Shown: positions 40,620 to 50,436, counted from the stretch's first letter. The stretch is 64,000 nt of DNA from Candidatus Woesearchaeota archaeon (GCA_016184345.1 JACPCV010000005.1:97017-161016), one strand, 5' to 3'. Notes: generated by a model from the sequence alone, not told the origin. A program made the numbers and translations.

Positions 40620-41449
40620 TGAGGTTAGGTATGCGCTTCATTACTGCAACTGATGTTAAGCTGAAAAAGAGGAAGCCTGACAGCCACAAAGGCGAGAACG
40701 GCCGCGTTTTGGTCGTTGCAGGCTCAATTGACTACGTTGGCGCTGCTTACCTGGCAGGGATGGCTGCTTTCCGGTCTGGTGTTGACGCTGTTGTCGTTGC
40801 AGCCCCTGAGAAGGTTGCGTGGGCAATCAACTGCCTTTCCCCTGATTTCATAACGAAGAAGTTCAGGGGCGATTTCTTCACAGCTGCGACAGCGAAGGAA
40901 ATAGTTGAGATGAGCAAAAAGTTTGACGTCACATTAATTGGCAACGGCGTAGGGAAAAGTATTGAAACGCTAAAATTTGCTGCAGCCGTATGCAGGAAAA
41001 TAGAAAGCACTAAAGTGATTGATGCCGATGCCATCTCCGCAGTGAGAATGCAGGAAGTGCAAAACGCCATATTCACGCCGCACCATGCAGAATATGACCT
41101 GCTGCTGAGAAATAGCCACTGTAGTGAAAAGCGACTGCAAACGGTTATTGGCACGAATGTCATACTGCTCAAAGGCAGGATAGATGCGATAATTGCAAAG
41201 GGAAAAACAGCTTACAACAGGACAGGAAACGCCGGCATGACGGTCGGGGGAACTGGCGACGTACTTGCAGGGCTTACTGCAGGCATTTTGGCGCAGGAAA
41301 AGGACCTGTTCAAGGCAGCAGCTGCGGCGGCTTACGTTAACGGGAAAGCAGGAGACCTGCTGCTGAGGGAATATGGCTATGGGTTCACTGCCAGTGATTT
41401 GCTCCAGGAACTGCCTGCTGTGCTGAAGCAGCTGTGGGGCATCGAATAA
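40619..41449 (+). CDS. nnrD: ADP-dependent NAD(P)H-hydrate dehydratase (YjeF C-terminal type)
   Basis: HKGENGRVLVVAGS..YVGAAYLA, TPHHAEY, GGTGDVLAGL. Confidence 0.85.
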   Translation: MRLGMRFITATDVKLKKRKPDSHKGENGRVLVVAGSIDYVGAAYLAGMAAFRSGVDAVVVAAPEKVAWAINCLSPDFITKKFRGDFFTAATAKEIVEMSKKFDVTLIGNGVGKSIETLKFAAAVCRKIESTKVIDADAISAVRMQEVQNAIFTPHHAEYDLLLRNSHCSEKRLQTVIGTNVILLKGRIDAIIAKGKTAYNRTGNAGMTVGGTGDVLAGLTAGILAQEKDLFKAAAAAAYVNGKAGDLLLREYGYGFTASDLLQELPAVLKQLWGIE

Positions 41450-41508
41450 GCACAATTTTACTTAAAATTTTAGTAAAATTTATAAATACTAAGGTTCTTA
41501 GTAATGTT

Positions 41509-41757
41509 ATGAGTGAAACGACTGTCGTAACACGGGGAAGTCAGATAACCCTGACAAAAGCCATAAGGGAAAAAACCGGCATAAGGGAGGGAGATACGGT
41601 TACACTAAACGTGGCTGGGGGAAATGTAATCGTTGCCAAAAGGGACCCGTCTGTGTTTGACAATCTTAAAAGATTCCTGCCTGATAATTTTGAAGAAATC
41701 CTAAAAAAGACGCGAACAGACGACAGGAAACGGTTAAAGAGGCTTGGCATTATTTAA
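41509..41757 (+). CDS. vapB: AbrB/SpoVT-type antitoxin (VapB-like)
   Basis: VVTRGSQITLTKAIREKTGIREGDTVTL. tttataaata lies about 25 nt upstream. Confidence 0.7.
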   Translation: MSETTVVTRGSQITLTKAIREKTGIREGDTVTLNVAGGNVIVAKRDPSVFDNLKRFLPDNFEEILKKTRTDDRKRLKRLGII

Positions 41758-41760
41758 ACA

Positions 41761-41913
41761 ACAGAATTCCACTCATCTATGATGAGTGGGGTTCTGTGTG
41801 CTCAAAAACCACCGGTTCGTGGAATTCTGAGCGTCAAAACAGCATCGGCAGCAGCCGATGCGTATCGACCCGAGGTCGATAAATGCCACCGGTCTCTGAC
41901 CGGTGGTTTTTGA
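41761..41913. repeat. Multi-hairpin element inserted between vapB and vapC
   Basis: Hairpins at 41769-41789, 41842-41861 (gcatcggc/gccgatgc, as at 8213-8232), 41863-41881 and 41887-41907. A 14-bp long-range stem pairs 41804-41817 with 41900-41913. Confidence 0.85.
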
Positions 41914-41926
41914 CAGGCGATAATTC

Positions 41927-42355
41927 ATGAAGATACTCTTTGACACCAGCGCACTGATAGAGCTGGAAAGGCAAAATCAGGAAGCTATTGTGCTTGTCAA
42001 AGGCTTAATCACAGGCAAAGAAGAAATTGTGATAAGCACCGTAACTATTTCTGAAGTATTGTTAGGCGTTTATTTCCAGAAAGCTTATGAAAAAATTGTA
42101 GAGGCCAAAAAGCTCCTATCCCAGTTTAAATGGATACCTTTGGATGAAAACATAGCCGATATGGCGGCCCAGTATGAGGCGTTGCTGCTGAACATTGGGA
42201 ACGAAATTGAATTCAAGGATGTTGCAATAGCCGCAACCTTTGCAGCCACGAAATCAGATTTTTTAATTACACAAAACAAGAGGCATTTTCAAATTTTGCC
42301 AGATATTGGAAACAGTGCCAAAACGATTGCAGAATTTAGCAAAATTTATCGGTAA
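41927..42355 (+). CDS. vapC: PIN-domain toxin (VapC-like)
   Basis: MKILFDTSALIELER...DVAIAATF...LITQNKRHF. Confidence 0.8.
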   Translation: MKILFDTSALIELERQNQEAIVLVKGLITGKEEIVISTVTISEVLLGVYFQKAYEKIVEAKKLLSQFKWIPLDENIADMAAQYEALLLNIGNEIEFKDVAIAATFAATKSDFLITQNKRHFQILPDIGNSAKTIAEFSKIYR

Positions 42356-42450
42356 ACATTTATATATCAGTGTATCTTTTAGTATACTAGAGATAGTGTG
42401 AAGACTACTCCGCGCTTATCAATGGCGCATCAAAAAAGGTGTCATTCAAT

Positions 42451-43977
42451 ATGGCAGCAGAGCATAATCCGGTTGAGCTTCTGAAGAAATACAATTTTGG
42501 AGAGCAGGAAGAAGCTGAGCTTGTCAGCGGGGTGAAGGAAAAGACAAATTACCCGAGCCCTGCTTACAGGTACAGGGTTGTGGTTGAGGCAGTGCACGCC
42601 TACATTGAGGAGGCTTACTACTGGACACTTGACGAGCTTGAGATGAGCTGGAGCTTCAACAAGTTTGACAAGATAACAGACATCCACGCAGCTTCAGAGC
42701 AGTCAGCTTTCTTCGGAGTCTCAGAGCAGCGCATTGGCCTGCAGCAGGACAAGGCGGCTCAGTACCTACGCGGGATAAGTGAGATGCTCAAGGCGCTTTT
42801 CCAGATAGTAAGGGAGCTCAGGGTGATAGATGAGCGCACTGGCTACTACAAGCAAACCTTCAACAGGAAAAACGAGGAAGAGGCAGTCGGCTCTGACATC
42901 ACGCTCAAAGGCGTGTGGGTGGACCAGGTTGAAGGCGGCACAAAGAACGCCGCATCGGTTTACGGCCTTGCGCAAACAGTCGGATTCTCTGTCCTGCCTG
43001 ACCTCTTCTTCAGAGTAAGGGCAAACGACATTGGGGGAGACAAGGCAAAGCCTGAGGAATATGATGCGTTTGTGAAGCGCGTAATTGAGGACGTTGACAA
43101 GAAAGTAAAGGGCATTGAAGGCTTTAACGAAAAAGTCAAGGAAGTGCTCACCAGAAAACTGGTGCAGTACTACATGTGGAAACTGCGCACATTCAAGGAG
43201 CTTGACGCGAGAAGGAAGTTCACCATAAAATACCTCAGGCAGCACTATGACACCATTAAGCTGTACATGGGCTGGATAAAGCCTTACCTCAGGAACATAC
43301 TCAAGCTGCAGATGGCGGAAAAGCTCATCCAGGGAGAAAAGGCAAGGGAGCTGATTACGGCATTTGAAGGCTCGCTAATTGAAGTTGAAGTCCTGTCGTA
43401 CAAGCACAGGGAAGGAAGGAAATTCCACCCGTGCGTGCTGCTGAATATTTTCTACAGGACCTCGCCGTCAATGGTGTACGTGCAGGAAGGCTACCAGAGG
43501 GGGCCTTCGCACACAGGCAAGTTTGACATGACACTGCGCGGCTACGTATGGAGTGATGAGCAGATTACGAACTACAAGCGCATGCGCGAGGAAGAGGACC
43601 TGCACATGCTCAGCATGATAAATGAGGACATTAAAGCATCAATGGACGCATTAGGGGATGAGCTTAAGCAGTACCTCAGGGAGGCAGGCGAGATTTTCCC
43701 TGAAGACGAGCAGAAGAGGGAAGAGCTGAAGACGTCAAACAGCCCGCTTGAGCCGTTCATTGGGGTGTTTGGCGGCCTGAAGGACATAGCGTCAGCATTC
43801 GGAGGTGCAAAGCCTGCCGGAGCTCCAAGCAAGCAGAGCATCAAGAAGCAACTCACCGGCGGAAAATCAGATGTCCAGCTTGACATCCAAATCACAGAAG
43901 CCAGGGAGGAGCTGAAAAGGGCAATCTGGCAGACATACAAGAACTACAAGAAGCTCCACGGCATGCTTACATGGTAA
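42451..43977 (+). CDS. Uncharacterised 508-aa protein (operon gene 1)
   Basis: Long ORF with a clean ATG. Largely helical and charged, with no motif I recognise. Followed 35 nt later by gene 2. Confidence 0.6.
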   Translation: MAAEHNPVELLKKYNFGEQEEAELVSGVKEKTNYPSPAYRYRVVVEAVHAYIEEAYYWTLDELEMSWSFNKFDKITDIHAASEQSAFFGVSEQRIGLQQDKAAQYLRGISEMLKALFQIVRELRVIDERTGYYKQTFNRKNEEEAVGSDITLKGVWVDQVEGGTKNAASVYGLAQTVGFSVLPDLFFRVRANDIGGDKAKPEEYDAFVKRVIEDVDKKVKGIEGFNEKVKEVLTRKLVQYYMWKLRTFKELDARRKFTIKYLRQHYDTIKLYMGWIKPYLRNILKLQMAEKLIQGEKARELITAFEGSLIEVEVLSYKHREGRKFHPCVLLNIFYRTSPSMVYVQEGYQRGPSHTGKFDMTLRGYVWSDEQITNYKRMREEEDLHMLSMINEDIKASMDALGDELKQYLREAGEIFPEDEQKREELKTSNSPLEPFIGVFGGLKDIASAFGGAKPAGAPSKQSIKKQLTGGKSDVQLDIQITEAREELKRAIWQTYKNYKKLHGMLTW

Positions 43978-44012
43978 CAAGGTTTTTATTCGGCAAGGCA
44001 TAGACACAGGTC

Positions 44013-44684
44013 ATGGTTACTGTTGACGAGCTCAAGAAGCTAAGCCCTGAAGAAAGAATCAAGCGGCTGAAAGAGCTTGAGGAGGAGCGCAAGAAGGAGA
44101 TAGCAGAAGCGGAAGAGCTAATCAAGGAAACAGCAAAGGAGCTTGCCGAAGCCGAGGAAAAAAGGAGGATACCGATTCCAGAGGCAAGGGCAACCGACCT
44201 GTCCACGCTTGACACGCTTGAGGAAAAACAGCTCGTCGCAACACACCACCTCCTTGCAGCGGAAACAACAGCAACCCACCAGCCGCAAAGCCCGCAGCAG
44301 CCAAAAAGCCTGGAGGAAGTCGCAGCAGAGGAAGCGCCTGCAGCAGGCCAACAAACGCAGCATGACCTTTTAGGAAAAGGTCAATCAAAATTACAAAAGC
44401 CCGAATACGCCATAGGCACGGAGCAACAGAGGCCAGCGTTCGGGGAATACCTTTCAAAATCGCAGCAGACAGTAACAGGAGGAACTCCCCCGGGCAGCAG
44501 CGAGCTGGAAAAGATTACGGAAATTTACAAGGACAGGGCAGTAACCGGAGCCGAGACAGGAGATGCCCAGCAAAAATACTTTGGCACGCAACAGCACGTA
44601 ACCGGAGGATATGAGCTGAGGAAAAGAGAGGAAGAGGACAGAAGGGAAAGAACAGAGTACAGAAGAAGGGGAGGGCCTGCTTAA
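44013..44684 (+). CDS. Uncharacterised 223-aa coiled-coil/low-complexity protein (operon gene 2)
   Basis: The N-terminus ELKKLSPEERIKRLKELEEERKKEIAEAEELIKE is coiled-coil, followed by a Q/T/E-rich tail. Its stop abuts the ATG of gene 3. Confidence 0.55.
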   Translation: MVTVDELKKLSPEERIKRLKELEEERKKEIAEAEELIKETAKELAEAEEKRRIPIPEARATDLSTLDTLEEKQLVATHHLLAAETTATHQPQSPQQPKSLEEVAAEEAPAAGQQTQHDLLGKGQSKLQKPEYAIGTEQQRPAFGEYLSKSQQTVTGGTPPGSSELEKITEIYKDRAVTGAETGDAQQKYFGTQQHVTGGYELRKREEEDRRERTEYRRRGGPA

Positions 44685-46643
44685 ATGATATTCAACCAGT
44701 CTTACTACACTGCAATGGACAGGGGCTATTACATGCCGCTGCAGGAAGGCCAGGGCCTGCCAGGAGAAAGCCCTGAAGCTATTCCCGAGATTGGAGTCAG
44801 CCCCAAGGACATTGGCGTTTCAGCCCATCCGGCACAGGACCAGCTCCAGCAGGTAAAGGCAAGGATATTCCAGGGCGCATCAAGGGTTGAGCTCGGCTTC
44901 TTCGGCAGGGGCAAAGGCAGCTTCCAGGGAGGGAACACAACCCCTGAAATGTACGGCAAGGAAGAAAGGATTGACATGAGGGAGCTTGCAAAGGTAAACA
45001 AGGTCAAGCTGACAACGCACGCAACAACAGGCGCAGGCAGCCTTGCAGGCATGGGTCAGCAGGGCTTTGATGAGCACGTAAGGGAGCAGGCCCTGCACGA
45101 GATAGAAAGGGCAGTTGACTTCGCAGCGGATGTAACGAGAGGCGGGGCAATTGTTGTGCACGCAAACGAGTTCCCAAGAGCCATAATGCCTGAGTGGGGA
45201 AAAGAAGGATTCTCAGCCTACCCTGAAGAGGAGAAAAGGGCAGTGTTCCACCTCGTTGACGACAGGAGCGGCCAGATGATGCCTGTCAGGAAGAACGACG
45301 TTTTCTATGAGCCAAGGTATAAGGACTACCCTGGTGACTCAACAGCCTGGCTAGGCATCCGCGGCCAAAGGATTCCCAAGAATACCCGTGACACAAATCT
45401 GCTGTTTGAACGCGTGCCGCAAGTAGAGTACGATCAGAACGGCGTGCCAAAATTCACCCCCAATAAAGTGACTTGGGATGAGATTGAGCGCAGGGCTGCG
45501 GAACTCAAGAAGGTTGACCCCACAGCAACACCGGAAAAACTTTTTTACCAAATTCAGATTGAGAACCAGATTGCCCAGGCAAGAGGCAGCTCGCTGTTCT
45601 ATGGGCTGCGCTACAAGGAATGGGAGGAAGATATTAAAAAGTTGCAAGCAGCATATGGATTTTACAAAAAGCTGGACGAATCCCTTCCTGAAAGCGAAAA
45701 ATGGAAGCTAAAGCAGTCACTACAATCAGGGGTATTCCTGCCGCCTGAAGTTGTCAATCCGGTCGAGTACCTCAAAGACAGGCTGGAGCAGATGGAAAAC
45801 CAGCTAAGGCAGGTTCACCAGTCCTCAGCAGCGGCAGACGCCCAGGCAGAACAGCAAAGAGAGAACCTTCTGCACCTTCATCCGATCAAAGAATATGCCC
45901 TCGGCAAAACAGCAGACACGGTAGCCAGGGCAGCCATATACGCCTGGGACAAGGAAAAGCACCTCCGCCAGGACGTTACCAACGGCGAGAAGATGGAAAA
46001 GCCGCTGTTCGTTGCTGTAGAGAATTACTTCCCTGAAGTTTACGGCGGGCATCCTGACGAGATTAAGGAGATAGTGACAACAGCAAGGAAGGCAATGGTT
46101 GATGAGATAATGAGAAACGGCGAAAAGTACGGCGTCCATGACAAAAGCGAGGCAGAAACGCTGGCGAAGGAGCACATCAAGGCAACATGGGACACAGGGC
46201 ATGCGTTCATCTGGAAAAAATACTTCAAAGGCAGCGATGAGGAGTTCAAGAGCTGGTACTTACAGAAGGCAAAAGAGTGGAAAGAGGAAGGCATAATGGG
46301 GCACGCGCACATCTCAGACAACTTCGGCTGGGAGGACGAGCACGTCATACCCGGGCAGGGCATCGCCCCAATCAAGGAATTTGTCTCATTAATACGGGAC
46401 AAGGTTGACAAAGGGGAGATTGACCTGATAGTCGAGCCGGCACACCAGGACTACCGAGCACTCCTGGGAGGCTGGAGGCTGTTTGGAAGCTCAATCTACG
46501 GCACTGCATTCGGGAAGAGGGACAGCTGGGTAGACTTGGAGAGAAGCTACTTCGGCCGCACAGCGCCGCCATACTTCCTCTACGGAGAAACAGCGCCAGA
46601 CCCGGAATCATGGACATTATGGAGTGGGCAAAGGCTGGAGTAA
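44685..46643 (+). CDS. AP-endonuclease-2 / xylose-isomerase-like TIM-barrel protein with a ~270-aa helical insertion (operon gene 3)
   Basis: Ordered metal-site motifs: KLTTHATT, AIVVHANEF, LFVAVENYF, ATWDTGHAFIW, GHAHISDNFGWEDEHVIPGQGIAPI, DLIVEP. The pattern is as in the Endo IV / sugar isomerase fold. Confidence 0.65.
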   Translation: MIFNQSYYTAMDRGYYMPLQEGQGLPGESPEAIPEIGVSPKDIGVSAHPAQDQLQQVKARIFQGASRVELGFFGRGKGSFQGGNTTPEMYGKEERIDMRELAKVNKVKLTTHATTGAGSLAGMGQQGFDEHVREQALHEIERAVDFAADVTRGGAIVVHANEFPRAIMPEWGKEGFSAYPEEEKRAVFHLVDDRSGQMMPVRKNDVFYEPRYKDYPGDSTAWLGIRGQRIPKNTRDTNLLFERVPQVEYDQNGVPKFTPNKVTWDEIERRAAELKKVDPTATPEKLFYQIQIENQIAQARGSSLFYGLRYKEWEEDIKKLQAAYGFYKKLDESLPESEKWKLKQSLQSGVFLPPEVVNPVEYLKDRLEQMENQLRQVHQSSAAADAQAEQQRENLLHLHPIKEYALGKTADTVARAAIYAWDKEKHLRQDVTNGEKMEKPLFVAVENYFPEVYGGHPDEIKEIVTTARKAMVDEIMRNGEKYGVHDKSEAETLAKEHIKATWDTGHAFIWKKYFKGSDEEFKSWYLQKAKEWKEEGIMGHAHISDNFGWEDEHVIPGQGIAPIKEFVSLIRDKVDKGEIDLIVEPAHQDYRALLGGWRLFGSSIYGTAFGKRDSWVDLERSYFGRTAPPYFLYGETAPDPESWTLWSGQRLE

Positions 46644-46652
46644 TAATTGATG

Positions 46653-47045
46653 CTACTTAACAAACTCCACGTTTTCTAGCCCTTCAAACTCCCTGTCGCC
46701 AGTAAGGAATTTTACTTTTAATTTCCTTGCCAAAACGTATCCGATGCAGTCAACGAAAGAAATATTACTTCCCTTTATCTTCGCCTTAATTTCCGCCCTT
46801 AAGGAAGCAGATTCCTTAATGGTTTCATCGCTGATTCCGACGCAAAAATCCTTGAACTCATTGAAAGCTATCTCTGCCGCGTTCCTTCCGTGCTTTACAA
46901 GATAACTGTAGTAAAGTTCCATGAGGTTCAGTTTTGTAGTCGCAATTCCTGACAGATTGCTGTAAGGTTCATAGGCTTCGTCGCCCTCTTTTATCTTGTG
47001 CAAGGCATATGTATCGAAGAAATAATTGCTCAATCTTTTCCCCAC
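46653..47045 (-). CDS. vapC: PIN-domain toxin
   Basis: YFFDTYALHKI...FVDCIGYVLA...FLTGDREF. Confidence 0.75.
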   Translation of the reverse strand: MGKRLSNYFFDTYALHKIKEGDEAYEPYSNLSGIATTKLNLMELYYSYLVKHGRNAAEIAFNEFKDFCVGISDETIKESASLRAEIKAKIKGSNISFVDCIGYVLARKLKVKFLTGDREFEGLENVEFVK

Positions 47046-47248
47046 CCTTCCCTAGCCCTGTCCTTGAATTTTTGGCTGTTTTCACCAGTCTTCAGGCTAC
47101 CAAAAATTTTGGATAGGTCTGCCTTCTTAATGACAATTGGAAGCGACAGGACGTCACCTTCCTTTATGTTTTGCATAGCGACAAGCTCCTTTGGCAGGAC
47201 TACGCCAAGAGAGTTTCCCCATTTTCTTACTACCGTTTCAGTTTCCAT
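47030..47248 (-). CDS. AbrB/SpoVT (MazE-like) antitoxin
   Basis: VVRKWGNSLGVVLPKELVAMQNIKEGDVL. Overlaps the PIN gene by 16 nt. Confidence 0.75.
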   Translation of the reverse strand: METETVVRKWGNSLGVVLPKELVAMQNIKEGDVLSLPIVIKKADLSKIFGSLKTGENSQKFKDRAREGWGKD

Positions 47249-47298
47249 AAAGGATGTTTAGATGCTTCTATTTATATAATTTTTGGTTATACTGATAA

Positions 47299-48987
47299 TT
47301 ATATCTGCTGAAGCAGCTTCACAGCCCTATCTCCAAGCGCCAGCAAAAACGGCGCAAGCTTCGGCCCCCTCTCTTTGTTCAGCAGCACAAGATACGCTGC
47401 CCTGAAGAATTCAGGAGGCTGAATGCCAGCTTCCTTAGCAATGTTGTAGCACTCGTTGTAAAGCTCCTTCTCATCCCACTTCTTTGACTTCAGCTTTTCT
47501 GCCAGAGTTTTCAGCGCTTTTACCTGCAGCTGCAACAATTTTGATCTCACTTCACCAGAAACCTCCTGCTGCAGCACGTACTTGACTTCCTCGGGCGCAT
47601 GCAGGCCAATCCATGCCCGGGCCTCCTTGATGCGCTGCATTATCTGCCTATGCTCTTCCCTGTGGTAGTGCCCGGTTTTCTCAAGGCTGCCGATTATGTC
47701 CTTCTCATCGCTGAACACCTGGGCGACCATCGCGGCATGGCTGAAGCTCAGTGTTGAAGGCACATCAATTGCCTTGCTGCCCGGGCGGTTTGAAATCTCA
47801 TACAACCGCATGGTGTGCTTCATTTCCTTTTCGTTTTCCACCACGGCCTTGCCAAAATAAACAGCTGCTGCCTTGTCATACTCATCGTACAGCAAAGGAA
47901 GTTCCTTCCATGAGAAGCTCCTTGAGGTCATCAACCTCTTGTTGTAGAAAAACCGCAGAAGCTGCGGGGAGGCAACCTCAAGCCACTGCCTCGGGTAAAC
48001 AACATTCCCCAATGAAGCTGACATCTTCACACCCTCAATGGTAAGGTGCTCGTAAAATATCGGCTCAGGGCTGGGAAAATCAAGCACTTTTTCGCAAATC
48101 TCAGCATTAATCCAGAAAGCAGAATTCGGGACCTGGTACTCTTTGCCTGCTCCCTCGCAGCTAACCTGCCACCTTGCCCACTGCGCAGCCCACTCGCTCT
48201 TCCACACCAGCTTGCCAGGGTCATTCAGCGGGTCTGCCTCCCCCTTGTGGCCGCAGCCCTTCGCAATTGTAGCCTCAAAAAGATAATCCTTGCAGACATA
48301 CGAAACAACCCCTGTTTTTTCATCAACAGCGCTAATCCTGGTCGTGATTATCTTGCCGCAGCTGCTGCACAATGGAGACCACGGCATCCAGTCCTTCTTC
48401 AGCGGATTGGTGCGTTGCTTGTTCTGGATTTCCCTTATGGTGCCAGCATTTTCAATCAGCTTTTTTATGAAAGGGCTGAAATTCCCCTTGGCATACTCCT
48501 CCTGCATTGAGAACCTTTCCATATCCTCAAAGACAAACTCGTTGAGAACCTTGAAGTACTCGTCAGTGTGATGCTCAGCGTATGACTTGTGGCACCCTTC
48601 AGCATCAGGCAGCGTGGAAACAGCAGTGCCAATGTACTTCTCATAGCTGGCAGGCACGCCGGCAGGAATCTTCCTCAACGGGTCCATGTCCTCTGCAACC
48701 CAGATGAACCTTGCCTTCTCCCCGGCATCAACAAGGGCGCGGTAAACAGTAGCGCCCCTTACAGTGTCGCTCAGCCTCCCGATATGCAGCACACCGGAAA
48801 TTGAAGCCGAGGTCTTCACAACAAAAGTGCCCGGCTTGCTGAACTTTTTGTCAGAATAGCGGAACCTGTCGCGCTTTGCAATCTTGTCAGCAAGCTGGTC
48901 AGCCCAGAATAGGTCAAATTCCTCCTTGTCTTTTCCAGCTGCTGCAGGTTTTGCGGTGCTGTTGCCTTTAGTCATGTTGGTTTTCAC
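47299..48987 (-). CDS. lysK: Lysyl-tRNA synthetase, class I
   Basis: SGVLHIGRLSD (HIGH-type motif), GVKMSASLGN (KMSKS-type motif), and Cys-rich CSSCGK..C..C. Confidence 0.9.
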   Translation of the reverse strand: MKTNMTKGNSTAKPAAAGKDKEEFDLFWADQLADKIAKRDRFRYSDKKFSKPGTFVVKTSASISGVLHIGRLSDTVRGATVYRALVDAGEKARFIWVAEDMDPLRKIPAGVPASYEKYIGTAVSTLPDAEGCHKSYAEHHTDEYFKVLNEFVFEDMERFSMQEEYAKGNFSPFIKKLIENAGTIREIQNKQRTNPLKKDWMPWSPLCSSCGKIITTRISAVDEKTGVVSYVCKDYLFEATIAKGCGHKGEADPLNDPGKLVWKSEWAAQWARWQVSCEGAGKEYQVPNSAFWINAEICEKVLDFPSPEPIFYEHLTIEGVKMSASLGNVVYPRQWLEVASPQLLRFFYNKRLMTSRSFSWKELPLLYDEYDKAAAVYFGKAVVENEKEMKHTMRLYEISNRPGSKAIDVPSTLSFSHAAMVAQVFSDEKDIIGSLEKTGHYHREEHRQIMQRIKEARAWIGLHAPEEVKYVLQQEVSGEVRSKLLQLQVKALKTLAEKLKSKKWDEKELYNECYNIAKEAGIQPPEFFRAAYLVLLNKERGPKLAPFLLALGDRAVKLLQQI

Positions 48988-49033
48988 AAAAATACCGTTC
49001 CTGCTTCTTATATAAAGATTCTGTAATTACCAA

Positions 49034-50266
49034 TCATACCTTAGCTTTCCCGGAAAGCGCCATCTTCGCAAGCAGCAAAGGCATAAGAGGAAGATTGAGT
49101 GCAACTTTTTTTGCAAGCCAGCCAAGGCTCACATCGCCTGCAAGAGCGTTCCTCCAGCCGGGGTCAGTTGACCTGCTAATCTTTTTCAAGGCATAATCAA
49201 GCAGCCGGTCGTTGCCGCTGAACCTGTTGGCAAGCCGCTGGAGGAAATAGCAGGCAAGGTAGCTCCTGTAATATTTTCTCTTCCATGCGGCTTCATAGCC
49301 CTTTAATTCAGCGCTGACGCCTTTTTTAACAGCTGCCGATGCCGCTTCTGCCGCCATTTCTGCAGAATCCATCACAAACCTCACACCTTCGCCCACAACA
49401 GGGTTTACCTGCAGCGCAGAATCCCCAACAATTATGAGGTTGCCCTTGACAATAGTCCTCAACGGCCTGCCTGTCCTTAAAGTTGCAGAATGGTACGCAA
49501 TTGGCCTGTTTTCAACACGCTCCGCCACCCTGGCCATGCCGAACATTCCATCAAGAACCTTCTTTTGGGAGCCGTACATCTTCTGCTGCAAAGTCCCGCA
49601 TCCAATAATTGCAGTGCTGTTGTTTAGCGGCGCAATCCAGCCATACCCGCCAAGGAACCTGCTCCCGACGTACAGGTCAATTGTTCCCGGCTCTGACTTC
49701 AGGGGAACAGTGTATTCTGCGCCAACAGCAAGCTCAACCTTCTGCCTGATAATGCCAAGCCTGTTGCCAAGGGAGCAGCTCACACCAGAGCAGTCAGCAA
49801 ACACTTTTGCGGTTACTGTTCTTTCTGCTTTGCTATTTTCGCTGCCCCGGCCACCCTCTGCAAAAGTTATTGACTTTATTCCAGCTGCTGCATCATTAGT
49901 CTCAATGCCATCCAGCGTTACCCCGTAATTTGTCTGTGCCCCGCTTTTCCTTGCATTCCGGTCAATGAAATCCAGGAGGCCTGCCCTGCCAATAACATGC
50001 GCATCGCAGGCGAACCTGCCTGTCTCATTTGCGGAACCAAAGTAGCACGAGTCAATAGGTTGGGTGATGGCCTTAGGCACCTGCCACCGCTCGAGGTTCA
50101 TGAAGCTGCCAAGGGTGGTGTAGTTGACGTCGCCAGGATTTTTCTTCTTGTCAATTGCCAGGACGCTCAGCCCCTTCTCAGCAGCCTTCCACGCCAAAGT
50201 CAGGCCCGCAGGGCCGCAGCCAAGAACCACAATGTCATAGGTTTCAGTATCAGGCATTTCAGTCAC
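49034..50266 (-). CDS. Geranylgeranyl-reductase-family FAD-dependent oxidoreductase
   Basis: YDIVVLGCGPAGLTLA (dinucleotide fold) and LIIVGDSALQVNPVVGEG. Confidence 0.8.
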   Translation of the reverse strand: MTEMPDTETYDIVVLGCGPAGLTLAWKAAEKGLSVLAIDKKKNPGDVNYTTLGSFMNLERWQVPKAITQPIDSCYFGSANETGRFACDAHVIGRAGLLDFIDRNARKSGAQTNYGVTLDGIETNDAAAGIKSITFAEGGRGSENSKAERTVTAKVFADCSGVSCSLGNRLGIIRQKVELAVGAEYTVPLKSEPGTIDLYVGSRFLGGYGWIAPLNNSTAIIGCGTLQQKMYGSQKKVLDGMFGMARVAERVENRPIAYHSATLRTGRPLRTIVKGNLIIVGDSALQVNPVVGEGVRFVMDSAEMAAEAASAAVKKGVSAELKGYEAAWKRKYYRSYLACYFLQRLANRFSGNDRLLDYALKKISRSTDPGWRNALAGDVSLGWLAKKVALNLPLMPLLLAKMALSGKAKV

Positions 50267-50314
50267 TGCTGCTGCAGTAGTTGGTTATATAAATATTTAC
50301 GCAGAAAAAATGAG

Positions 50315-50436
50315 CGGGCCCACAGGGACTTTCAAGCCTTTTTGGTTGAGCTTTTTGTGCGCTCACAAAAAGGTCATTTGAACCCTGGACCTGTTCGTTA
50401 AGAGCGAACCGCTCTACCAGGCTAAGCTATGGGCCC
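50315..50436 (-). tRNA. tRNA-Lys (CTT) with a 48-nt insertion in the T-loop
   Basis: GGGCCCA-TA-GCTT..GAGC-G-GTTCG-CTCTTAA-CGAAC-AGGTC-CAGGG-TTCAAAT[50328-50375]CCCTG-TGGGCCC-G. Confidence 0.8.

Noticed and set aside
49997-50401. 134-aa plus-strand ORF, and similar ORFs at 11059-11316, 25481-25687 and 30411-30686.
   Set aside because: Each overlaps a tRNA gene or its introns, or is antisense to the GGR-family gene. The reading frames are by-products of structured GC-rich RNA genes.
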